A DNA stretch of 64,000 nt from Paracoccaceae bacterium (GTDB taxonomy: Bacteria > Pseudomonadota > Alphaproteobacteria > Rhodobacterales > Rhodobacteraceae). Below, one piece after another: positions 28,882 to 37,920 of this stretch. The notes under the pieces are model-generated. The model was given only the letters and a program-made list of their open reading frames with translations, ran no database searches and had not been told where the DNA came from. Within the stretch, counting starts at the first letter, position 1; the number at the start of each line of letters is the position of its first letter. The position numbers were made by a program, and so were the translations under genes. The DNA is taken from NCBI GenBank assembly GCA_902606585.1, contig CACLGX010000002.1:20241-84240 (forward strand), written 5' to 3'.

Positions 28882-29975
28882 GCTTTGGCCTTTTGCAGTG
28901 ACATAAAGAATCGTTCAAGAGGTGCTCGTACCATTAAACTAAGGGCCCCCGTAAACAATATTACTAAGGCTTGTATTACCACTATTAGCTCACGTGGTAT
29001 TTTAGTCCATAATGCTAACTCTGCGCCGCCTTGGTATAGAAAACCAAATAATAACGCCGCAAGTAAAACTCCAAAGGGATGACTTCGGCCCATGAGAGCG
29101 ACTGCGATGCCAATAAAACCTGCACCTTCTGTAAAATTCAAAATTAGTCGTTCACTTTCGCCTTGTGTCGTATTAATTGCCATCATCCCACATAATGCAC
29201 CTGATATCATCATCGCTATCATTATTATCTTGACTGGTCTAACACCCGCATATCGAGCTGCTGGCCCTGATTTTCCTAGAGCCCTAATTTCGTATCCTAG
29301 TGGAGAACGCCAAATCAGATACCAAACGGCGGCACAGGCTAAAATTGCAATAAAAAAACTAACATTTGCAGGAGCAGATCTAAACGCTTTTTCAAAACCA
29401 AATATACTTGCCATGTCTTGGAAGGTGGGAAGATGAGTGGTTGTGGGAAAGTTAGCGGAAGCTGGATCCATGCTTCCTTTTGGTTTTAAAACATCAACCA
29501 AAAAGAAATTCAGGACGCCTGCCGCGATGAAATTAAACATAATAGTTGTAATTACAATGTGGCTGCCTCTTTTTGCTTGGAGATAAGCAGGCAAACCTGC
29601 CCAAACCATACCAAAAACGGCGGCTCCAATTGAAGCGCCGATAATAGCCAATGTCCAGTGTGGCCATGGAATAAAAAGGCAAACAAGGGCTACTCCCAAG
29701 CCCCCGATCATAGCCTGACCTTCGCCCCCTATATTAAAAAGTGCCGCATGAAAGGCCACTGAGACAGCAAGGCCAGTAAAAATAAAATTTGTAGTATAAT
29801 AGAGCATATAGCCCCAGCCTGCAGATCGAAATAAGGTACCCTCGATCATGAGGTTTAAGGCGGCTATTGGGCTTTCACCGATGGCTATAATGAGTAAAGC
29901 AGATAAAACAGCGGCTATTAGAACGGAAATAAAGGGTACAACGATTATATCTACCCATTTTGGCATTATATCCAT
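28878..29975 (-). CDS. Nucleoside (BMP-type) ABC permease 1
   Basis: LFNIGGEGQ, HIVITTIMFN, GFIGIAVALMGR. Confidence 0.88.
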   Translation of the reverse strand: MDIMPKWVDIIVVPFISVLIAAVLSALLIIAIGESPIAALNLMIEGTLFRSAGWGYMLYYTTNFIFTGLAVSVAFHAALFNIGGEGQAMIGGLGVALVCLFIPWPHWTLAIIGASIGAAVFGMVWAGLPAYLQAKRGSHIVITTIMFNFIAAGVLNFFLVDVLKPKGSMDPASANFPTTTHLPTFQDMASIFGFEKAFRSAPANVSFFIAILACAAVWYLIWRSPLGYEIRALGKSGPAARYAGVRPVKIIMIAMMISGALCGMMAINTTQGESERLILNFTEGAGFIGIAVALMGRSHPFGVLLAALLFGFLYQGGAELALWTKIPRELIVVIQALVILFTGALSLMVRAPLERFFMSLQKAKA

Positions 29976-30015
29976 GCGTATGCTCCGCTAGTATAAAAAA
30001 TTGAAATGTGCGGTT

Positions 30016-31551
30016 TCATTGGGCGAATTCCTCTGAAACACCAGCCATTAAAAGCCCAAGTTCTTTTTCATTAGTATTTTCGGGCTGCCTCTCTCCCATA
30101 ATCTCTCCATCAAACATGACAAGAACCCTATCTGAAAGGGACAATATTTCATCCAATTCTACGGATATTAGCAATATTGCTTTACCTTGGTCGCGTAGTG
30201 CAACTATTTGTTGATGTATAAATTCTATAGCGCCAATATCAACGCCCCGAGTTGGTTGACCCACGAGCAGTAAATCTGGGTTGCGCTCAATTTCTCGAGC
30301 TAAAACTATTTTTTGTTGGTTTCCACCTGAAAAATTTTTTGCGGTAAGTTTTGGATTAGGGGGGCGGACATCGAACCGTTTCATTTTCTCTTCGGTCTCT
30401 TTTCGGATTGCATTATTGTCCATAAAAAATCTGTTTGCTTGATTGGATTTTTCACGGTGATAACCAAAAACTGCGTTTTCCCATGCCATGAAGTCCATTA
30501 TCAGGCCTTCTCGTTGTCTGTCTTCAGGAACATGTGCCATTCCCATTGCTCGCCTTGCTTGACCATCGCCAGACACACTCGTTGATAAATCTATTTCTGA
30601 TCCATTTAATTTAATAACACCAGTAGCTGCGCTATAGCCCCCCAAGACTTGTAGAAGCTCTGATTGGCCATTGCCTGCTACACCAGCAATGCCGAGTATT
30701 TCTCCTGCTTTTACAGTCAGATTAATATTTTTTAGCCTTTTAACTCCAAAATCGTCGACCATGCTTAGATTTTGAATTTCAAGCACTGGATCCGTGGGCT
30801 TTGCAGGCGTTTTGTCGACGCGAAGTAAAACTTTTCTTCCAACCATAAGTTCTGCTAAATCCTCAGGACTGGTATCATCAGTTTTTAAAGTGGCTGTCAT
30901 TTCGCCCTGGCGCATTACGCTTACCGTATCTGTGATATCCATTATTTCTCTGAGCTTATGGGTGATTAAAATAATGGTCTTACCTTCTTCTCTCAACCTT
31001 TTGAGTATCCTAAAAAGCTGATCCGCTTCCGCTGGTGTTAGAACACCTGTAGGTTCGTCCAAAATTAAGATGTTAGCTTTCCGGTAGAGTGCTTTGAGAA
31101 TTTCTACTCTTTGCTGCATTCCAACCCCAATATCCTCAATAATAGCATCAGGGTCTACATTTAGCTCGTATTCGGAGGCTAATTCTGCAAGCTCGGTTCT
31201 GGCTTTGCTCAAAGATGGAGATAAGAGGGCTCCACTTTCAGCACCGAGAACAATATTTTCAAGAACAGAAAAGTTTTCAACTAGTTTAAAGTGTTGGAAA
31301 ACCATCCCTATTCCTACAGCTATTGCTGCTTGGCTATCGGGTATGGAAATTTTTTTTCCATCAACAAAAATTTCTCCAGCATCCGCCTTGTAAAACCCAT
31401 ACAAAATGGACATCAGGGTTGACTTACCAGCACCGTTCTCTCCAATTATCCCATGGATTGTACCAGGCATCACGCTGATATTAATATCTTTGTTTGCTTG
31501 CACAGGGCCAAAGGATTTGGAGATTTTTTTTAATTCAATTGCTGGTTCCAC
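30016..31551 (-). CDS. Nucleoside ABC transporter ATPase (two NBDs)
   Basis: GENGAGKST, LDEPT, FSGGNQQK, QPTRGVD. Confidence 0.9.
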   Translation of the reverse strand: MEPAIELKKISKSFGPVQANKDINISVMPGTIHGIIGENGAGKSTLMSILYGFYKADAGEIFVDGKKISIPDSQAAIAVGIGMVFQHFKLVENFSVLENIVLGAESGALLSPSLSKARTELAELASEYELNVDPDAIIEDIGVGMQQRVEILKALYRKANILILDEPTGVLTPAEADQLFRILKRLREEGKTIILITHKLREIMDITDTVSVMRQGEMTATLKTDDTSPEDLAELMVGRKVLLRVDKTPAKPTDPVLEIQNLSMVDDFGVKRLKNINLTVKAGEILGIAGVAGNGQSELLQVLGGYSAATGVIKLNGSEIDLSTSVSGDGQARRAMGMAHVPEDRQREGLIMDFMAWENAVFGYHREKSNQANRFFMDNNAIRKETEEKMKRFDVRPPNPKLTAKNFSGGNQQKIVLAREIERNPDLLLVGQPTRGVDIGAIEFIHQQIVALRDQGKAILLISVELDEILSLSDRVLVMFDGEIMGERQPENTNEKELGLLMAGVSEEFAQ

Positions 31552-31576
31552 ACTGATACACTCCTCGAATTAATAT

Positions 31577-31605
31577 AAAAACCGCACTAAAATAGTGCGG
31601 TTTTT
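31577..31605 (-). terminator. Terminator/stabilising hairpin after the BMP gene
   Basis: AAAAACCGCACTA-AAA-TAGTGCGGTTTTT. Confidence 0.8.
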
Positions 31606-31625
31606 CGTGTTATTCTACATTTTTA

Positions 31626-32627
31626 TTAGAATGTAATCGCAGGGCAGGTTTCATCGTCAGTGTAATTGTGTACTGACATTGATCCGCTAGCGATTGAAGC
31701 TGCAGCTGCGTCTACAGCAGATTTCATTTCATCAGACACTAAAGAAGCATTATGCTCATCTAGAGCATAACCAACTCCTCCATTAGAAATACCCATTTGC
31801 ACTACTAGTCCGGTCTCCAAATTCTCTCCGGCTAAAAATGCTTCATAAACAGCATTGTCAACTCGCTTTAGCATTGATGTTAATACTTTCCCTGGGTGAA
31901 GATAGTTCTGATTTGCGTCAACCCCAATGGATAATATGCCTTCATCGGCAGCTGTTTGTAGTACACCTACTCCAGTTCCGCCTGCGGCTGCATAAACTAC
32001 ATCTGCGCCTTGGCTAATTTGGGCTTTTGTAAGTTCAGAACCCTTTACTGGATCATTCCAAGCAGCAGGTGTGGTTCCAGTCATGTTCGCTATAACGGTC
32101 GCATTAGGGTTTACTGCCTTTACGCCCTGAGCGTAGCCGCATCCAAATCGCCTGATCAATGGTATGTCCATTCCCCCAACAAAACCAACAGTACCGGACT
32201 TTGAGGCCTTTGCTGCCATCATACCAACCAAGTAACTTCCTTCATGCTCATTGAAGGCAATTTCTCTTACATTTGGTATACCTAGCCAGAACACATCTAT
32301 CACAGCAAATTTGGTATCTGGATAATCTGGGGCAACCTTCCCAAGCGAGTCCGCGAAACCAAAGCCAGCCATAACAATTGGGTTAGCGCCAGCCTCTGCA
32401 AATCGACGCAAAGCTTGTTCACGCTGCGCTTCATTTTGAAGCTCAATTTCTTTAAATGAGCCACCAGTTTCATCTGCCCAGCGCTTTGCACCAGTATGAG
32501 CCGACTCATTAAAGGATTTGTCAAATTTGCCCCCAAGATCGTAAATGATAGCAGGCTCAGCTAAGGCTGCACTCGCAGCCATGGTCAAACCAACTAAGGT
32601 TGACAATGTTTTAGTAAAAATATTCAT
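31626..32627 (-). CDS. BMP-family (PnrA-like) nucleoside-binding protein
   Basis: GGKFDKSFN, FNEHEGSYLVG, GADVVYAAAGGTG, IGVDANQ, SMLKRVD. Confidence 0.9.
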   Translation of the reverse strand: MNIFTKTLSTLVGLTMAASAALAEPAIIYDLGGKFDKSFNESAHTGAKRWADETGGSFKEIELQNEAQREQALRRFAEAGANPIVMAGFGFADSLGKVAPDYPDTKFAVIDVFWLGIPNVREIAFNEHEGSYLVGMMAAKASKSGTVGFVGGMDIPLIRRFGCGYAQGVKAVNPNATVIANMTGTTPAAWNDPVKGSELTKAQISQGADVVYAAAGGTGVGVLQTAADEGILSIGVDANQNYLHPGKVLTSMLKRVDNAVYEAFLAGENLETGLVVQMGISNGGVGYALDEHNASLVSDEMKSAVDAAAASIASGSMSVHNYTDDETCPAITF

Positions 32628-32639
32628 TTATAACTCCCG

Positions 32640-32709
32640 ATTGTTAGTCGATCCCTAAGCGTCTTTATGCTTTTGGACTGACAATTTATACCCGATCATT
32701 AAGACGCTT
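32640..32709 (-). promoter_or_regulatory. Interleaved double inverted repeat in the BMP leader (candidate cis-regulatory RNA or operator pair)
   Basis: Minus strand: AAGCGTCTTAATG..ATTGTCAGTC..CATAAAGACGCTT..GACTAACAAT-CGGGAG-N6-ATG. Confidence 0.45.
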
Positions 32710-32774
32710 CAGTAAAAGTTGGTCAACAGCTTTTTTCTCAAATCAATTTAATTTTAAAATAATTTGAAGCTGAG

Positions 32775-33185
32775 CTAGATTTCTTTGGATAAGATTACTG
32801 CATCGTCTTTACGACCATCAACAAATTTGTAGTAATTGTTTCTTTGCCCAACCTTCAAATAGCCCAGAGCGCTGTAAAGTTTTTTAGCTGAGCTATTCGA
32901 TTCGGCAACTTCAAGAAAACACCTTAAAGATCCTGAATCTTTTGCTTCTTTTTCAAACGTACCAATGAGTTTGCTTGCCTTGCCCAGTCGACGATAGTCT
33001 GGATGAATAATTACATTTAAAATCTCTGCATCTTGGTCAATAACACGGCCAACAAGAAAGCCATTTTTGGTGTGAAATAATCTGCTTGTATTGATATCAA
33101 GGAGGTTCTTGTATTCAATTTCACTCCATGGCCGGGTATGGTCGCCCGAAAGCGAATGCAGTTTTGCCATCTCAAACGGCGTCAT
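32775..33185 (-). CDS. rimI: RimI-like GNAT acetyltransferase
   Basis: AEIL, RRLGKA, FLEVAESN, LYSALGY, RNNYY; follows tsaB. Confidence 0.8.
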   Translation of the reverse strand: MTPFEMAKLHSLSGDHTRPWSEIEYKNLLDINTSRLFHTKNGFLVGRVIDQDAEILNVIIHPDYRRLGKASKLIGTFEKEAKDSGSLRCFLEVAESNSSAKKLYSALGYLKVGQRNNYYKFVDGRKDDAVILSKEI

Positions 33186-33763
33186 TTTAGAATATTGGGT
33201 GGCTTATTTAGGCTCGGTGCAGCATCTGCGGGTTTAATGTAGCATGGGACAGGGCGACAGATTTCTTTTTCTTGCGTTAATAAAGCAATATTTTTCAAAT
33301 GAACTTCGGGTGAGGGTTTAGTAATGTACGTAAAGTTTTCGGGATCTATTTTATCTTCTGATATAAATTTTGCATTTTTTGGACTTGAGCCAACATAATA
33401 GAAACCTTTGTTGGCTGGAAGCAAAGCTAGATTTTTATTACCACGCCCATACAAAGTGGCTTCAAAACTAGTAACTCCTATTGCTGGAATTTCTAAGCCT
33501 AAAGCTAAACCCCGTGCGGCCGACACGGAAATTCGAATACCTGTAAAATTTCCTGGACCTGTACAGACACCGATCTTACTCAAATCTGACCAATTTAAAG
33601 AGGAAACTGCTAGAAGCTTATCAAGAAAAGACATAAGCGCTTCTGCTTGCCCTTTAGCCATGAATTCTATTTCTGTTCGGATATTTTCTTTTCCCCGATA
33701 TAGCGCTGCGGCGATATATTGGTCGGAGGTGTCAAAAACAATTACACTCTCATCAAAGATCAA
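33182..33763 (-). CDS. tsaB: t6A biosynthesis protein TsaB
   Basis: FDTS, GQAEAL, GPGNFTGIRIS. Confidence 0.92.
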   Translation of the reverse strand: MIFDESVIVFDTSDQYIAAALYRGKENIRTEIEFMAKGQAEALMSFLDKLLAVSSLNWSDLSKIGVCTGPGNFTGIRISVSAARGLALGLEIPAIGVTSFEATLYGRGNKNLALLPANKGFYYVGSSPKNAKFISEDKIDPENFTYITKPSPEVHLKNIALLTQEKEICRPVPCYIKPADAAPSLNKPPNILK

Positions 33764-34313
33764 CTGGGCGAACCTCGGTCACCTCTGGAATATAATGCCT
33801 TAAAAGATTTTCGATACCCATTTTTAGAGTCATTGTTGAAGAGGGACAACCTGCACACGCACCTTTCATTTGAAGGTAAACTACTCCTCGGTCAAACCCG
33901 TGAAAAGTTATGTCCCCTCCATCTTGAGCAACTGCTGGTCTGACCCGGCTGTCGAGTAATTCTTTAATTTGACCAACGATTGGTGCGTCTTCCTCGGACA
34001 CATCTGTTGAGTGATCAGGTATCGCTTCGCCACTTACTGCTTCTTGACCCGATTGAAAATGTTCCATTATAGCGCCAAGAAGAGCTGGTTTAGCGTGATC
34101 CCACTCCACATCATCTTCCTTTGTCACAGTGACAAAATCGCGGCCGAGAAAAACACCAGTTACACCATTTACACTAAAAAGTCTTTGGGCAAGTGGTGAA
34201 ACGTTTGCGTCATCAGCAGTAGGAAAATCAGCAGTTCCTTCTTCTAATACTGTTTGTCCTGGTAAAAATTTCAAAGTAGCCGGGTTTGGAGTAGATTCTG
34301 TTTGTATGAACAT
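33753..34313 (-). CDS. nfuA: NifU/NfuA-family Fe-S carrier
   Basis: MFIQTESTPNPATLKF, RPAVAQDGGD, GACAGCPSS. Confidence 0.92.
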   Translation of the reverse strand: MFIQTESTPNPATLKFLPGQTVLEEGTADFPTADDANVSPLAQRLFSVNGVTGVFLGRDFVTVTKEDDVEWDHAKPALLGAIMEHFQSGQEAVSGEAIPDHSTDVSEEDAPIVGQIKELLDSRVRPAVAQDGGDITFHGFDRGVVYLQMKGACAGCPSSTMTLKMGIENLLRHYIPEVTEVRPVDL

Positions 34314-34339
34314 CGATTGATCCTTAACTAACGTTGCCA

Positions 34340-34368
34340 ATATGTAAATTAAGTCAAAAAAAGTCAAG
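34340..34368 (-). promoter_or_regulatory. RpoH-type promoter of nfuA-tsaB-rimI
   Basis: Minus strand CTTGAC-N17-ACATAT. Confidence 0.5.
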
Positions 34369-34369
34369 A

Positions 34370-34388
34370 GTTTAGAATCATTCTAAAC
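34370..34388. promoter_or_regulatory. Iron control element (Irr box)
   Basis: GTTTAGAA-TCA-TTCTAAAC matches the ICE consensus TTTRGAA-N3-TTCYAAA; upstream of an Fe-S carrier gene. Confidence 0.8.
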
Positions 34389-34425
34389 AAATTATTCTTA
34401 TTAATTAAATTCAGAATATGCGAAA

Positions 34426-34579
34426 TTATCCGGCGGCTGCTTCGGGATCCTCTTTACTAGAAATAGCCTGAAACAATTCCAATTGATTTTGAAGGCGTCT
34501 TTGAATTTTTTTCTATCTAAAAAACTAGTAGATACAGCACATTATTTTTAATTTCAGTGCTAAGAAAAAGAACACCGAT
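34426..34579 (-). pseudogene. Decayed 3' remnant of a universal stress protein gene
   Basis: IGVLFLSTEIKNNVLYLLVF*IEK / NSKTPSKSIGIVSGYF / SKEDPEAAAG* is in register with the recalled Roseobacter USP tail IGVLVLGAGTDKKGPGPLVTQL..NSGxLPIPITIVPGDLSKERLEAI. Confidence 0.55.
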
Positions 34580-34583
34580 TTAT

Positions 34584-35618
34584 CTAATTCAAACCTATGA
34601 TATCGAACGTTTTTTTCAAAATCGGTTCGGCTACGAATTTGGCTTTAAATGCGCCATCATTCAACACTTTGTCTAACTGAGGTATATCCTTCATAATGCG
34701 ACCCATTTCACTGGAAATTGGTGACAGTACTGCGGTAGCTCTCTCTACCAACATAGGTTTAAAATCCGAAAATTGTTTGCCGCCAATTTCGCTTAAAACG
34801 CTTTCCACGCTTTGATCTCCGAGTGCCGCGTATATTGATACTAAATTCTGTGCTTCAGCTCTCCCTTCCAGACCTTTTGGTTCGGACGGAAGGCCATATT
34901 GATCTGTTTTTGCTTTTCTAATTTTATTAGCAATCATATCTGAGTTGTCTGTCATGTTTATCCGACTTAAATCTGAAGGGTCAGACTTAGACATTTTTTT
35001 TGTACCGTCACGCAGGCTCATTACTCGAGCTGCTGGTCCTCCAATAACAGGCTCAGTCACTGGAAAAAAATCAATTTCATAATCATGATTGAATTTTATG
35101 GCTATATCTCTGGTAAGTTCAAGGTGCTGCTTCTGATCATCGCCAACTGGAACATGAGTCGCATGATAGGCTAAAATATCAGCTGCCATTAGCGCAGGAT
35201 AACCAAATAGACCTAACGATGCATTCTGAGCATTTTTCCCGGCTTTATCTTTAAACTGTGTCATTCTTTGCATCCAGCCCATGCGAGCCACACAATTAAA
35301 GACCCAGCCTAACTGAGCATGTTCAGTTACTGCCGATTGATTAAATAATATAGATTTATTTGGATCGAGCCCTGATGCAATAAAGGAAGCCGCTAACTCC
35401 CTTATATTTTGCCTGAGCATTTTTGGATTTTGCCAAACGGTAATCGCGTGGAGGTCAACTACACAATAAATTGTTTCGTAATCGTCATTCTGCATCTGAA
35501 CAAATCGTTTGATTGCACCCAAGTAGTTACCAAGGGTCAATCCACCAGATGGTTGCACTCCAGAAAAAACTCGCTTCTTGAACTTACCTATTGGTTCAGA
35601 TTGCACGGCGCCACTCAT
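34584..35618 (-). CDS. trpS: Tryptophan--tRNA ligase
   Basis: [30 protein letters not shown]. Confidence 0.97.
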   Translation of the reverse strand: MSGAVQSEPIGKFKKRVFSGVQPSGGLTLGNYLGAIKRFVQMQNDDYETIYCVVDLHAITVWQNPKMLRQNIRELAASFIASGLDPNKSILFNQSAVTEHAQLGWVFNCVARMGWMQRMTQFKDKAGKNAQNASLGLFGYPALMAADILAYHATHVPVGDDQKQHLELTRDIAIKFNHDYEIDFFPVTEPVIGGPAARVMSLRDGTKKMSKSDPSDLSRINMTDNSDMIANKIRKAKTDQYGLPSEPKGLEGRAEAQNLVSIYAALGDQSVESVLSEIGGKQFSDFKPMLVERATAVLSPISSEMGRIMKDIPQLDKVLNDGAFKAKFVAEPILKKTFDIIGLN

Positions 35619-35695
35619 TACTACTCTCCATCTGGATTTTCCGTCTCAAATCGCTTACCTGTGTCACTAATTTTGGTCAAGCTAAGGAAGTTAAC

Positions 35696-36382
35696 TTGTC
35701 AGAGTATAATAAACCCCCAGTAATAAATCCAATACCAACCGCTATTCTAGCTATTCTTTCTGGCATAGTCTTAGTTGAGATTTTCCTTTTCTTTGGTTTT
35801 CATGGTATAATTGGGAAGTCTGGGGTGGCTGCCGAAAGGTTGTTTCTCATAAAAAACTACGGTGTGCCTCCTGATCTTGCAAATTGGATGTTTGAGACAA
35901 GTAATTTTTCAATTGATTATGTCTTAAGATTTATAACTTATCCATTTGTTAACTTATCAAGCCTTTCAGTTGTTTTCGCTGCAGTTTTATTGTTGGCCTT
36001 GGGAAAAATGGTTGGAGAAGTTTTTTCGGCTTTATCCGTAATTTTGATTTGGTTTTTAAGTACCACTCTTGCGGCTTTTTTTTATTCCATATCGGCAACT
36101 AATGGCCAAATATTGGTTGGGTCTTACCCAGGAGTTTATGGCTTTGTTGGGGCATATACATTTGTTTCTTGGATCAAATTACGGTTAGCGAAAAATAAAA
36201 ATCAATCGCAAGCGTTTTCATTGATTGTGGCATTAATGAGTGTTCAGTTGCTTTTTAGCTTTTTGTTTGGAACTGGGCAATTTTGGATCGCTGATTTTGC
36301 AGGTTTTGTTATAGGTTTTATAATTTCATTTTTTGTAAGTCCCGGAGGGATAAAAGGAGTACTTTCCATTCTAAGGAGTTAA
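35696..36382 (+). CDS. Rhomboid-like membrane protein, catalytic dyad absent
   Basis: RFITYPFV, LGKMVGE, LVGSYPGVYG, WIADFAGF; TTG start behind AAGGAAG. Confidence 0.75.
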   Translation: MSEYNKPPVINPIPTAILAILSGIVLVEIFLFFGFHGIIGKSGVAAERLFLIKNYGVPPDLANWMFETSNFSIDYVLRFITYPFVNLSSLSVVFAAVLLLALGKMVGEVFSALSVILIWFLSTTLAAFFYSISATNGQILVGSYPGVYGFVGAYTFVSWIKLRLAKNKNQSQAFSLIVALMSVQLLFSFLFGTGQFWIADFAGFVIGFIISFFVSPGGIKGVLSILRS

Positions 36383-37920
36383 CTTTTCTTAATCACCTCT
36401 TGGATCTCTTTGATACTAAATGCGCCTAAGAAGTTTGCAACAAATGTGTAAATGGCCGCTCCCATTAAAACCAAAAAACTAGCAAATGAAATTTTTTCAA
36501 TAAGAGAGACCACTTCTTTTTTAAGTAGGTAATCTGCAATCCATAGAAATAGCCCCATAGCAAAAGATGAAATAATAATAAGCACAAATTTTGATCGTGA
36601 AATTTTAGATAGTTGGCTGCTAGCTCCAAATTTTTTGGTACCGGCAAATAGTAAGATTATCATAGCCCAGGCAGAAACGGTCGTTGCAATTGGTGCAGCA
36701 ATCCATCCGTAGAATGGCATTAAGCCAAATGCAATTAATGAATTTATGATCATCGATATGAGAGCAAATCGAAAAGGCGTTTTAGTATCACCTCGAGCGA
36801 AGTATATCGGTTGATAGACTTTTTGTAACACAAATGCTGGTAGGCCAAGCGCATAAATTGATGTGGCGAGCGCCATAGCCACAGCATCGGCAGAGGTTGT
36901 TTGGCCATGCTGAAAAAGAGCTGATATCAACGGTAGGGGAACAATAAATAAAGCCACGGTGGCTGGTATTGTTAGCGCCATACTTGTTGTGAAAGCATTA
37001 TTGAAAGCAGAGTGAGCTCCGCCCTCGTCATTACTAGCTATTCGGCGTGATAGTTCTGGAAGCAGTACTATTCCAATAGCGATTCCTACTACACCTAAGG
37101 GTAACTGATACAATCGATCTGCACCGTATAGCCAGCTTATTGCTCCTGTCTCTTGGCTTGAAACAAATTGTCCAACAAGCAAATTAATTTGTAAAACTCC
37201 ATTTGCGAGAGCGCTTGGGATAGCCACCCTAACTAAAGTCTTCATATCTTTTGATAATCTTGGCCTACTTGGCCGAATGACTAATCCAGCCTCTTTTGCA
37301 GTCGTCCATAAAAGTGTCAATTGCAAAATGCCCGCAAGTGGAACTGAATAGATTAGTATTGTCATTATTGGCCACTTAAAGAAGAATGAAACACACAATC
37401 CCAAAATGATTGTAATGTTAAGTAGAACTGGAGCAGCGGCTGCGGCAGCAAAGTACCCAAGTGCATTCAGCACTCCAGATAAAAGTGCCGCCAGGGAAAT
37501 TAGCAAAATATAAGGGAACATTACTCGGCCAAAAGCAACAGTTATTTCGAAGCGCTCATCGCCGACAAACCCATTAGCGATCGCCCAAATAAGTGCTGGC
37601 ATAAAAATAATTGCAAGGGTTGTAAGAATTAATAAAACAAAAGCTAAACAGCCCATAGCTTCATTTGCGAAAGCCACAGCATTTTCTTTTCTTTCATATT
37701 TTTTTGAAATTAAAGGGACGAAGGCTGAATTAAAAGCACCTTCGGCGAAAAACCTTCTAAACATATTTGGTAATCTGAATGCTGCAAAAAAAGCGTCTAA
37801 AAGTGGACCAGCCCCTATTAAAGAAAATAATAGTATTTCTCGAACCATACCCAAGATGCGACTTGCTAAAGTCCAGAAGCCAACTGTCAAAAACCCAGAT
37901 ATAAGGCGAATTGGTTTCAA
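36379..37920 (-). CDS. murJ: Lipid II flippase
   Basis: SRILGMVRE, FRLPNMFRRFFAEGAF, ADRLYQLPLG, FARGDTKTP. Confidence 0.95.
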   Translation of the reverse strand: MKPIRLISGFLTVGFWTLASRILGMVREILLFSLIGAGPLLDAFFAAFRLPNMFRRFFAEGAFNSAFVPLISKKYERKENAVAFANEAMGCLAFVLLILTTLAIIFMPALIWAIANGFVGDERFEITVAFGRVMFPYILLISLAALLSGVLNALGYFAAAAAAPVLLNITIILGLCVSFFFKWPIMTILIYSVPLAGILQLTLLWTTAKEAGLVIRPSRPRLSKDMKTLVRVAIPSALANGVLQINLLVGQFVSSQETGAISWLYGADRLYQLPLGVVGIAIGIVLLPELSRRIASNDEGGAHSAFNNAFTTSMALTIPATVALFIVPLPLISALFQHGQTTSADAVAMALATSIYALGLPAFVLQKVYQPIYFARGDTKTPFRFALISMIINSLIAFGLMPFYGWIAAPIATTVSAWAMIILLFAGTKKFGASSQLSKISRSKFVLIIISSFAMGLFLWIADYLLKKEVVSLIEKISFASFLVLMGAAIYTFVANFLGAFSIKEIQEVIKKS

